Shown: positions 26,141 to 38,300 of the stretch, piece after piece | Numbering within the stretch: the stretch's first letter is position 1 | Layout of the letters: each line of letters starts with the position of its first letter | Source: Octopus vulgaris | Taxonomy: Eukaryota | Assembly: GCA_951406725.2 (NCBI GenBank) | Contig: OX597821.1 | Coordinates: 45,012,001-45,076,000, forward strand | Direction: 5' to 3' | DNA: 64,000 nucleotides | Made by a program: the position numbers and the translations under genes | The notes under the pieces: generated by a model | The model's database searches: none | What the model saw: only the letters and a program-made list of their open reading frames with translations | Told to the model about the DNA's origin: nothing

Positions 26141-28261
26141 GAAATTATATTCATTTTTTCATGCTTTATACTTGCTAACACTTCAAAACAAGCATTAAAT
26201 AAATTTCTTTCACTTCTACCTGTCATCAAAGTTTTCACAAATGGCAGTTGATAATTTTGGTAATTTTAAAATTTCACTATTTCTTCTGCAGTCTTAAATC
26301 TAATTAGTTTTTTGTAATTTTTTAAATGTTAGATCCTCCCATAATCTCCAGTGGAAACACATTTTCTTAAATGTTGGGACATTTGCTTTTAGGAATACCA
26401 TAGTTTAGAATTATCTTTAATGCTACTGTGGACATTTATCACTGACAGTTGTTGTGTTTCATGTTTGATTGTTATACTGGCATGGGTTGGACAAGTTTAT
26501 GCTGCTTTCATAGATGAGTTGTGGTCCACATTTCACTCGTCGGCTTGATTTGTATGGCTGGCTATCCTTCCTATCACCAATCATTTTAAAAAGTGCATTT
26601 TACCATGGTTAAAACAGTAGAGGTATGAGAGCATGATGGCTAGCTAGTGATCACCCTAGACATACTTTCACAGAGGATTAAAAACAAATGACACCATTTG
26701 AATGATCAATGACCTTTGCTCATAATCAGCATGCACATGTTAAGACAAGGAGAATAGACACTTAGTCACACAAATGTATTTGTGTGGCTAAGTGTCTATT
26801 CACACAGCTTGCTCCTTGTTCAGTTTCTTCCTCAAACCTCCATCACCCATCTCCCTTTCACTGACCTCTCAATTATCCTCATAACTGTCATATTCTTTTT
26901 CTGTGACACCAGTTATTTTTTCTAACTTCTTGGCACTACTTCACTTGTCACCCATCTTTAATTCTTAATATTATCTTTCTCCACTCACATTTTACACTGA
27001 TCATACTTCTGTGCTATCATTCCCCTTCTCAACTTCCATACACGTCACTCTCCTCACATATTACATCTGCCTCTCCCTTCACAACCCCATACAGCTTGCC
27101 CACCCACACATCATGTCCCACTCTCTCATCTTTGCCAGTCTACTGTATTATCATTTCTATTCTGCTGCTCTTCACACACTTCTGTACTGACAGTCATCAA
27201 CTCTTGCCTTCCCCCAATTCATATGCATCATTGATCACTCCTCCACCCTTGTCTACCATTCATTACATCAATCCCTCAACCTTACTCAATCACAAGTCAT
27301 TACCTACTTTTCTTTACCTTCAATCGCTCTATCTATCATCAACCATCCTTCTGTCATTGTTCTTTATATTTGCCCCTTCACTCATTCCCCATCTCTCACT
27401 TTTTTTCACATACTTTTGCAACCCTACTCACTTCTTGTTCTGATCCTCAATCACATTTATTTACGTTGAAGGTCTACTTTGACACTGCATCTCTATTTAA
27501 TTTCTCATTCTAGTTCCACCCTGTTTACTCAAACCAACACTTCTATATTATGAGCAGTTATGCAATTTTTCCATAGCAAGAAACCTATTCTGTTCTGGCC
27601 CTTTCTTCCATACTTTACCCTCTCACTTCCTGGCATAAAAATGCTTTCCTCTCAACTGCAGCCTCACTCAGTTGAAAGGTACCTTAGTCTTACAAGCAGT
27701 ATAACGATCTCACTAGTGCTGGTGCCAGAAGGAAAGCACCTGGTACACACTGTAAAATGGTTGGTGTTAAGAAAGGTATCTAACCATAGGAACTATGCCA
27801 AAGCAAGCACTGGAGCATGATGCAGTTCTCAGACCTGTCAGATCCTGCCAAATCATTTAATCCACACCAACATGGAAGAAGATGGATGTTTAAAGATGAT
27901 GATAATTCATCATCATCATCAGCAGCAGCATTTAACGTCTGTTTTCCATGCTGTCATGGATTGGATTGTTTGACTCCAATTGTTTTGGCCTGGTTTTGGC
28001 TGCCGACCTTCTTAATGCCAACCACGTTACTGGCACAGGTGCTTTTATGTGACACTGGCATGAGTGGATTTAATGTGGCACCAGTACAAGTGCATATCAT
28101 GTAGCACTGGTACTCGCAAAACAAAGACCTCTCAGCTGGGGGAAGTGAGGTCATGGCCATAAAGGACACACCTGTATGTATGGATGGCCACAGACCCATG
28201 CTAGCTTGGAAAGCGGACGTTAAACGATGATGATATATATATATATATATTTATATATGTA

Positions 28262-28475
28262 TATAGTTAATCCAAACAAGAAAACACAGAAAAAAAACAC
28301 AGCAACGCGAGGACGTGGAACAATTAAAGTATTATTTGACGCTCAGGAAAGAAGGGAAGGAGGGTTTAACGTTTCGAGCGGAGCTCTTCGTCGGAAACAA
28401 AGGAGAAGGAAAGATCCCGAGAAGGGAAGACAGAGGAAAAAAATTTTTTTGCTGGTGGTGCTCAAGAGATCACAC
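28262..28475 (-). mobile_element. Short PLE terminal fragment in a (TA)n tract, carrying a variant minimal hammerhead (28364-28398)
   Basis: Minus strand reads GTTT-CCGACGAA-GAGC-TCC-GCTC-GAAA-CG-TT-AAAC. Flanked on both sides by TA microsatellite. Confidence 0.6.
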
Positions 28476-28477
28476 AC

Positions 28478-28531
<54 letters not shown>

Positions 28532-28968
28532 ATGTATATACATATATATATTGTGGCCATCCATACGTCCATATATAAGTTAAAAAACATGTAATAAATG
28601 CACAAATAAACAGAAAATAGACACAGAAAGTCATCAAATTCTCATCAGTTATCAGCCAGCGGGTCAAATGTAAGTTCACACCTTTAGCGATATATATATA
28701 TACACACATATACATATATAGTTCATAGATGAGAATCAGATATTCTCAGTATAGAATACACGTAGTAGTGCTCAAGAAAATTAAACTTGAGCGTGTATAG
28801 AAATAAATGTTAGACAGATCAATATTTAAAGTTTTACTATATTAATACATGAAATGTGTTTACATACAAAAAGGTTTGACTTACACAGAATACTTGTATA
28901 GTAAATATATATATATTGGTCTCACTTGCTTATCCCTACATTTCTCTGTGTGTGTGTATGTATATATG

Positions 28969-29018
<50 letters not shown>

Positions 29019-29065
29019 CATACATACATACTCCTGTATATTATCTACTTTGCCATAATCTATAA

Positions 29066-29488
29066 TCTCTTTGGATTAGTTTTAAACATTAAAGACTACG
29101 ATGCTGCCTCCCCTCCAAAATTGTTTCAAAATTTGAATTTTTTGCCTACATTCTATGTATGTAAAAAATCCAGATGAAACTGTAAATCGTATCTCTGAAA
29201 ATTCTATTTCAGCATAACTTAATTTTCGATGATTAAAAAAATTGAGGAATAGTCAAAATTGAAAAAAGGTACAGAAAGGAGCGTAATGGGGCAAAATTGG
29301 GGAAAGAAAAATTTGAAACTTCTTCGTTTTTTTTTTGTTTTTTGTTTTTTTTTTTTCTGCAGGAAAAGATCCTGAAAAATTTCGGAGAGGCGATGGGAGT
29401 GAAAATTAGAAAAAATTAAAAATTCTAAATTTTTAAAAATTTTTGCAGAGTCGTAATCCCCGATGTTTAAAACATGCAAATCCAAAGA
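29066..29488. mobile_element. MITE-like element with degenerate terminal inverted repeats of about 40 bp
   Basis: Left TCTTTGGATTAGTTTTAAACATTAAAGACTACGATGCTGC versus the reverse complement of the right end, TCTTTGGATTTGCATGTTTTAAACATCGGGGATTACGACTCTGC. No TSD identified. Confidence 0.5.
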
Positions 29489-32400
29489 AATAGCAATTTT
29501 TAGCAAACTAGATAATTTCAATTCTGTTCAATAGGATAACTACGGGCGCTGGTGTAATGTGCGTATGTATGTGATTGTGTGCGTGCGCAAGCGTGTACGT
29601 GATGTAAGTATATTTATACACACACACACACACATACATACAATATGAAGTTAGCCTAGGCTGTTCCTACAGATTTCTCCAAGAGCTAAAAATAGACAAA
29701 ACATATCTTTTGTACCAAACTTTCTGTCTCTCTATACATACATACATACAAATATGTACATGATATATACTATACATAAATACATACACATCTATCTATC
29801 TATAGGTATTCATACATACTCTAAAACTGAATGTAAGCATTCATTTCAAGTTTCCAGTTATTCGGAAAAAGGTCAGTGAAGCCCCGTTCATCAGAAAGAA
29901 AAAAAAAACGGTGATGTTTCACGAGGTTGTGAAGATAATAACAAGCCAGACCGAACGCCTACGTGCCGCATTCCCACTAATAACAGCAGCAGTAGATACT
30001 GACTGGATAGGCATTGGTATACCACAGAACAATTGCAATATATCTGCTAGATTCTCATTTCACTTTCTATCTTGTGTTATTCACTCTTTTTGGTTCTCGT
30101 TCTTTGTGGAATTTGTTAAGTATCAGCCAAAGTTTTAAAGTCTGCAACAGAGAATATTTTCCATTTGAAATGGTCTTTTTATTTCAAATGTGAAAATTTT
30201 TATCTATAATTTTTAAATCCAATTATATTATCTTGCTTCTGGAATTCAAAGACCTCACCAATAGAAATTGTTGCCCCGTGGTTTAACTTTCTGGTTGTCT
30301 TTACCATCTGGGTGTCACAGTTTCAAGTAGGTTCATGTAGAAAAATAATTGGAATATTATTGAGAAATGGAGTGAAATATCTTTTTTATTTGGAGAATGA
30401 AAGGACAAAAGACCAGATAAAAGTTTACTTTGTCATCAGCCATCATGATGGATCCGATGGATTAGCAGAATCGTTAGAGCATCACACAAAATGCCCTGCA
30501 GTATTCTTTCCAGCTCTTTACGATCTGAGATCAAATTCAGCCAGGGTCTACTTTACTTTTTATCCTTTCAAGGTCGACAAAATAAAGTACCCGTCAAGTA
30601 CTGGAAATGTTTTAACCGAAAACATCATCTCACGAAATCCTTGGTCTATATTAGAAACATGTAAGTTAGTAAATAAGGCTGTACAAGTGTTTGTAGCTAT
30701 CATCCACTGTTTTCCCTTTACTGTCAATTGGCTCTGATTTCCAACCATGACCACTCTATTGATATTGGACCTGGAAACTTATGCTCCTGATGTGCAGCAA
30801 ATCCCAGACGAGTGTGGGTGGGTAACAATATGGCCGTTCAGTTTGCTAGATATAGCAGCCATATCCAGCCCCACTTTTTTTTTTCTATAATGGAGCCCTG
30901 GACACACTATTAAAAAATGCGATCCTTCGGTATTGGTATACAGAATGCCGGTATGAGGAGGACTCGACGTCATTCGCGTTCTTTTTCAGTCTTGCCTCTT
31001 TATGTCATGAGAGAAGGTTGTGTGGCTGAATGATGTCATCTATAAATACCGAGGGCTTGCCAAAAATATTAAAAAAAAAGATGAGATGGTCAGGTCTGGA
31101 ATATATTTGATCAGCGTTGACCTGGTGCTAACCAGCAAGTCGTTCAGGAATGTCACTTAAGAATTGTATGATGTTATCTTTTAATATTTTTCTCAATACT
31201 ATGTTTTTTTTTTTAGATATTGAAGTTTGAATGAGCTGTAAATAAAGAAATAATTATTTGTAAATAAACAGAAGTCATACATAGTTCCGATTATGCCAGG
31301 AATTAACCATTTTCCAACCACTTCCATTATCGGAATCCATTCCAATGTCCATCAGTTGGAGTTTTTCTTGTGTTCCTCCTCTACGTCACCATTGACAAGC
31401 GTTTTACTGAACCACTTGGAGCGGCGCAGTTGTTGAACTGGTTTGAAATAGTTGGATATATAGAAAGATGGAACCACCACGGCGGGAATAGCTATAATTA
31501 GAAGTCGATTTGATAACAGCTGACCCAGGGATAACCTATAACTATACAGAGATCATGCACACACGTATGTTTGCGTTTTTTCTTCACAATGCTCAAATAT
31601 ATACCTACTTTTATATTTTAAGTAATTCCACTTTTAAACTTCATTCATTTCTGTTGCTCTTGCTATCTTTTTGATATTCTTATTTTCATTAATTTCATAA
31701 TATAGAATCATCTTTTAGTCAAACGGTAGGTAAATACTTTACGTTATGGTTCTAAACTCAAAAGAATAAGAGAATATACAATTTAAATCAGAACTAGTAA
31801 AAGAATAAAAGAATACTTAGCACAAATACGAACATCATTAAATTTTTCAAAAAAACAACTAACAAAAAAAAAAAAACAGCAAAGCAATTGATAATACTTC
31901 AACAATTAATTATGTTTTTAAACTATGAAATATATAATTGTATAAAATATTGTGCTACCCTATGTAAAAACTGTTCTTGCATCGGAATGAAACGAGAAAT
32001 CGTACATGCGTGTATTCTTTTATTCTTTTAATCGTTTAAGTTCGAATTACTCATTAGTTAGTCTCGCCAGAAGAGTATCTTCTTTCCATTCTCATCTATA
32101 TTAAAGACAAAGACAGTCGGGGAAATTAATTTGGTAAATATTCAGTCGGAACCTTTAAATGTTTGTAGTTGAAAGGGAATGTTGGCTGAAAAAGAATCTC
32201 AGTAAAATGTAGTTCCGAGAAACAAGCATTGAGCAACAAGTCTTATTACGTGATTTAGCTGATGGTGATTACTCTGTCAACTCGAATAACCAAATTCTTT
32301 TATAAACCCTCCTCTCTGCTAATCATAAGCGTCACCCACTTTCAGTCTTAATCACCCTTGGCCATTCTAGACATAACAGATATTTAGACTAGTCAGAAAG

Positions 32401-32841
32401 AACTAGTGTTTGGACGACCATTATTATCAATATACAATAATCGTACCTCAGAAAATCTCACATAATGGTCCATTACATAGGAAGTATAAAGCAAAACATA
32501 GTTGATCTCCATGAAACAACTTACCGAAACAATAGAATTTTAAAAGAGAAAAGAAAACGATCAATGTAAGGAATTTAATAAAGGAATCGAAATCGAGTCA
32601 TGGACTCTGGACACACTGGACAGAAGCCCTACGGTTCTAGGGGGCCTAACACTAATCCTTGTAATGTGGTTGTCATGTGGGGGGGCCCCAGTGCAATGAT
32701 TTGTCCGATGACCTCAGACGGCTCAAATAAAAGCTAAATTTACATTTGAAAAGTCCAGCTTCTTTTGCGAAATCACACTACAGACTGCTTGAAAACAAGC
32801 ATTCCGTTGTCTACTTTCTGAATTACACCTGGCTTTTGATA

Positions 32842-33147
32842 TCATCGTTTAACGTCCGTTCTCCATGCTAGCATGGGTTGGACGGTTCGACCGGGGATCT
32901 GGGAAGCCAGAAGGCTGCACCAGGCTCCGGCCTTATCTGGCAATGTTTCTACAGCTGGATGCCCTTCCTAACGCCAACCACTCCGTGAGTGTAGTGGGTG
33001 CTTTTTACGTGCCACCTGCACGGAAGCCAGTCTAGGTGGCACTGGCTTCGACCACGATTCGGATGGTGTTTTTTACGTGCCACCGACACGGAAGCCAGTC
33101 GAGGCGGCGCTGGCATCGGCCACGATTCGGATAGTGCTTTTTACGTA
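32842..33147 (-). mobile_element. RTE-LINE 3' UTR/tail copy (young, CpG-retaining)
   Basis: Near-identical to the reverse complement of 45900-46190. Confidence 0.85.
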
Positions 33148-33384
33148 TGAAAAAAAAAAAAAAATTTAGCAAGCTTTCATTGCAAACAGTAATTGGATTA
33201 ATGATACTTCATCATATTATGCCTCCAAGAAGATCTTATATGACAAGGGATCTATCCTTCATATGATTAACAAATAAAGATGTAGATAATATGACCTCAA
33301 ATTCATAACAGATAGAAAAACGATGAACGGGCAGAACCCACGGTCTCTGTAGGTACTCCGAGACGGTTGAGCTCGATACCGTTA

Positions 33385-33780
33385 ATATTCTGTTTAAATT
33401 GTTTGCAGGTCAACACCTGTAAGTATGACATCGGCTGGAGATTTCAGACTGTTGATGTTCTCGTAAACAAGGACAAGGTACAGTGCTTAGCGCGATGCTA
33501 GTGGAGTGGATGCAAACAGAGTGACGAGAGGTGGCGAAATGAGTGGGCCAGAGGGGGTACAAGCCAACCAGTTCCATGGAAAAGATACCATTATATTAGC
33601 AATAGAAAACAGAAACAGCACTTCTGTAGGCTTGGGAGCTGTAGAGTGTCTATTTGATTTAATGCCAATCAGTTGAGTGGCTTTTTCCTGGGTGCAGTCT
33701 AGGATCTCTGTGTGTGGATATGTTAGACACACGTTTCTTAAGAGCATTCGTGATATAAGCGGAAAAGTTCCGTTTGATAA
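33385..33780 (-). mobile_element. Decayed CR1/L2-like LINE 3' fragment
   Basis: Minus-strand EILDCTQEKATQLIG resembles the LDxVQxxAxRLI motif. Frameshifted. Confidence 0.45.
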
Positions 33781-34399
33781 TCGAGGCTGGAAAGAAATTG
33801 TCAATGGAGTGAATGGATTAAAACAAATAACACACCAAAAGTCCTATTTTATTCAGATGTTCTTAATAATATTGAGGGGAGTGGGAGAAGTCGTTACAAC
33901 AATCCAGTACTTCACACATGCTGAAGTTTATCGATCCTAGAGGGATAACACAAGAGGTTGGTTCCGCCAGAACAAAGCTACAATTTTCTGACTCCATCCA
34001 CGAATACTTCACTATCAACAAACAACAGCTGGCAAAATCGATAGCACGCCGGGCAAAATGCTTATAGCGGCATTTCGTTCAGAGTTCAAATTCCGCCCAG
34101 GTCGACCTTGCCTTTCATCCTTTTAGGGTCGATAAAATAAATACCTGTTGAATGCTGGGTCGATGTAATTGACTTATTCTCTCCCGCGAAATTGCTAGCC
34201 TTGTACCGAAATTTGAAATCAGTATTGGTTAATTTTAGATATAAACCCTATTGGATAACAATAAAATAAAAGTAAAATATAATTTATCATATATTCTAAA
34301 GAAAAAGAAATTTATTTTAAAACGTTTTTTCTTTATGGTATTAGGCTTTCATAATTTAATGAATCATAGATTATAAGATCTAATCCCACCCCCCGAAAA

Positions 34400-34606
34400 T
34401 CTATTTTTAAAGAATATCTGAATGTTTGCCAGCGACGTGGGTTTTAAAAATTGTATCTCTTTTTGTCTTCCGTAGTTTTCTCTTCGAACCGGTTTGTTAC
34501 TTGTCTCATCACATGATCGGAAGTTACGTATTTCTACGTTCTTTGCCCTTCTGGTCAAGGTCGGGTGTTTACTGCTGCTGTTGTTGCCTTGTAGACTGAG
34601 CTGAAC
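34400..34606 (+). promoter_or_regulatory. Putative glycogenin promoter / 5' UTR (CpG-enriched)
   Basis: CpG-rich relative to the flanks. Abutting motifs: TCACATGA (34509-34516, reverse complement of the M-box TCATGTGA), CGGAAGT (34518-34524, ETS core) and TTACGTA (34524-34530, bZIP-like), about 80-100 bp upstream of the ATG. Confidence 0.6.
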
Positions 34607-34619
34607 ATGGCAGAAGAAG
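34607..34619 (+). CDS. GYG1: Glycogenin exon 1 (ATG GCA GAA GAA G; MAEE+G)
   Basis: ATG at 34607 in a CpG-rich segment, followed by donor G|GTAGGT at 34620. Phase 1 joins exon 2 in frame (MAEEGKEAFVTL). Vertebrate GYG1 also has a tiny phase-1 first coding exon. The link across 18 kb is inferred. Confidence 0.75.
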
Positions 34620-34992
34620 GTAGGTCTTTCTCGGCTCTCTCAATATTTCATTTCAAACAGCTTTACAACTTAAAACAAAATATCTTTCTCAATAATACAA
34701 CTATACTCTTTCATTATACCATTTACTGAAATAAGTGATTCCATATTTCTTCTTGTCTGTCCCAACAACTTATCCGGATCACCATTTTTCGCTGCTGTTG
34801 AACTTCTTCGTTTCATGTTTATTGATCAGATTTCTCACCACTCATTCGTAATTGTGTTTTCTCTTATTCTAAGCCCTCTCAATTACAAACCCTCTCAGTA
34901 TGCTGTATTATAAGTGATGCTTCCATTGTTGTTACACGTCGTTAAATGAACTTCAAAAATTTAATCGATTCTAATGTTAAAAAATACATGTA

Positions 34993-35380
34993 AGGCGCAG
35001 ACATGGCTGTGTGGTTAAGAATTTCACTTCCCAATCATAAAGTTCTGGGTTCGATCCTACTGCCTGGCATCTTGGGCACATGTCTTTTCCTATAGCCTTG
35101 GGTTTACTAATACTTTGTGAATAGAATTTGTACAGAGAGTGCACAGAAGCCCACCGCGTGCACGCTCGTGCGCAGCTCTCTCTACTCATATCTGTTTATG
35201 TTTACACTGATTTAAAATTCGGTGTTACGTTCCTCTTCGTATCCCGTAAACTAGTGGTTCTATATATATATATATAGAGATCGATGAAATAAGTACTATG
35301 CGCCGTTAAACATATAAAGGTGGTGCCCCAGCATGGTTGCAGTTCAATGCTTGAAACCAGTAAAAGAATAAAAGAAAATA
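34993..35380 (+). mobile_element. SINE family A, diverged, in glycogenin intron 1
   Basis: TGGCTGTGTGGTTAAG head, GGGTTCGATCC B-box and AAAAGAATAAAAG tail. Confidence 0.75.
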
Positions 35381-38300
35381 ATGTATACCCATATATTCTT
35401 TACTGTAGATACTGTGTATTTTCTTCCAAAAGTGGGGCAGAAAGGTCCACCTTTCTGTTTTCACATCAATAAATCTACTGAGAACATGAAAAAAAACTGC
35501 AGCTCTTTGAAACTCATATTTCTACTGAGTTAATAATGACTCCTAATTACTTTTTTGGAATAATTAGTTTTCATTTGACAAATGCACGTCAAAGATCAAG
35601 TTTGTTCTCAAGTGACAGTACGCCAGACATACATACCCTCGTCAGTTCACAATCACCTTTTATAAAACCTTAATTTACAAGCTTATATTTTTAATTAAAG
35701 GTTCTAGTTCTACTCCAATTTTAATGCGCCAAAATACTTAATTCTTTAATTTAAATTTCACCAAGTCCGTGAATGTTTCTCCGTTCGTTGCGTGGGATGT
35801 AGTAATGTCTGGTTTCTAAATGTGAAATCAATGTCATTTTGTGTATTTCGATTGCTTGCATAAATCGTTACGTGGTGTTTTTGGGTATTACTTGCGTTAG
35901 TTTTCTTTTTTTTTTTTTGTAAGTTTTAATGGTAATTTCAAACCCGAGGGGGTTGGCACTTCACTCAGTAACAAAACTTTATTTCGCCTTTCGTGCCTCG
36001 AAGGTTGTTGATTCAGTTGACACTATTTCACCCCTATGTAAATTTTTAGCTTTGTACATGAGAAACCTTTTATTTTTGAATCTGAGGATAAAACATGACT
36101 CTTTCTAAGCACATACGAATCTGAAAATAATTATTCGCTGGGTACTAAATTTTGATTCTAGCCATAAGTTTATAATATATAAATTCCTTGTTATATGGGT
36201 TATAATATCAAACTAGTATGACCTGGCAGGTACTACTGATAAACGGGAAAACTGTGTAACGTATATATGCGAACATGTATTTGCTATTTTAAGCAGCTGA
36301 GGTAGAAAATTATTGTTGGAAATGTTTCGTTCTCTTGCTAGCTGATATGTTTCTAGAATTTTTATATTTGTTAAAATGCATGGTTTTTGCTCTTGGTAAA
36401 AATCTGAATATTTCAGTATTTCTATGCACGCAGTTCATAGAATAATGCTAAACCCATCCTCCATATGTAAGATTAATTAATCGAAATATTTGTAGTTAAT
36501 GAATGAAACTGATGTTTTAAGTATATCTGTGAAACTTCCCGTTACTAACTGAAAATATCCTAACTTGCTGGCAACTTGTACAATTTTTAGAAACTGCCAG
36601 CAACTTTTTTTCTTTTTGCTGTTTCAATAATGGTTAGAATTTGGCATATTGTTTTCAACATGCTATTTCAATTACTTAGGAATGGTTAAAGGTGAATGAC
36701 TGAGATAGGACTCTACTGTGTTAGAATAATTTCATCACATAATTTCAAATCACATGGGGCTGTTTTCACCATTTTTCATTATCCGGGTATCTGTTGGAAT
36801 CAATTCTGTGACAATATCCTTTCTTACAAAGTTGTGGCCAGATAGATACTAGTGTGAATTATAATTAATATGGCAGAAAACAAGGGTGCTTACATCCCAT
36901 TATAACCTGACTTCAATTGCTACCTGGGTTAACATTGCTGCACATCTTTCTTGTGTATTGAAATACCAATAAGATGTTGGGCATTAGTTATTTACTGGCC
37001 AGTGTGAGAAAATAACTATGATGTATTGTAACTGTACAAAGCTGTTATATGTTAAATATATTGTACTGTTTGATTTGTTGCACTGAAGATCTCTTAGACT
37101 TCGTCCCAAGTATTTTTTCAGTCCTTTGTCCTGGAATATACTTATTGCACCTTTACCTTTTTAAAAAAATCTTCATGTAAAATGCATCAAAATTTTGAGG
37201 CCTATATTGTCTCAAAAACTTTATAGTACTTTGTATTTTATGAATATACTGAGTGAAACTATCACATGCAGTGGAAGATAGAGGTGGGTGCAGTCATGCA
37301 AATCCAAGCAACCCACATTTGATGGTAAAGGCATGAATAACATGTTATATGTCACCTTAACTTTGAAAAGAACTTTTTTCTACTTAGAGTTTTATGGTAC
37401 AACAGTTAACTTTGAACATTTCACTGTTATCCTAAAAATAAAGTATAATTGGTCTTCAACAGAGGAGGGGCATTAGTCTCCTTCCCTAATGGAAGAAAGT
37501 TGTACTCTACTCACATTGATCCTTAATTGTGTCTGCTTAACTGGAAAATAGTTTTTACTTCTTACATGGTTGGAGCATGTTATACCTTGTTATGCCATTA
37601 TTCCTAGCACTAATGTAAAAAAATCTACATTTTCAGGAAAGCCCTACTGAAATAGAACATAGTAAATTGTAATATGCTAAATTGTAATAGTTGTGAAATA
37701 AAAGGCTTAAATCTACAATTGTTAACAGTTTGTTCATTTTTGAAGTTTAATACTTTAAAAGTGTGTTTGAATTTTAACTCAATGAAGACAATGAGCTTTA
37801 ATCTTTACTGTCCTGACTTTTGGACTTATAACTATCTTATCAATTAGTCTAAAACATTTGTTTTTTTGTTTGATTATACTCCTGGATTATCTGTCAAAAC
37901 TAGTCACATTGGTAAATTTAAGACAAGAAAAAAATTTGTATCATTTCTATTGAATTTACACATCCTCCCATTTTTGTTCTTTCTTTTTATTAGAACCTTT
38001 CAAAAAGAACAGGCCAGCATATTAATAAGGATATAAATTGGATATTTTAGAAAGTTCATGATTTTCTGTGATGATAGCCTTTCCTGTTAGGTTGGCATAG
38101 TTAGTAGATTGTCTTTGACGCTTACTTTTTCCTGTTAACAGAATAGAATGCATGTTTCAATTGAGACAGCCACAACATTGTGTTTTAGTGATGCAACAAT
38201 ATCTTGTTTTTGTCACTATTCATCATTATCATTTAATGTCCACTGTCATGGGTTGGACAGTTTGACCAGGGCTTGATAATCTGAGGGACTGCACCAGACT

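Noticed and set aside
28630-28670. Minus-strand CTGATGAG as another hammerhead core
   Set aside because: No downstream stem II plus GAAA or cleavage triplet found.
36564-36603. TTGCTGGCA...TGCCAGCAA hairpin as a pre-miRNA
   Set aside because: Only a 9-bp stem that does not extend, which is too short.
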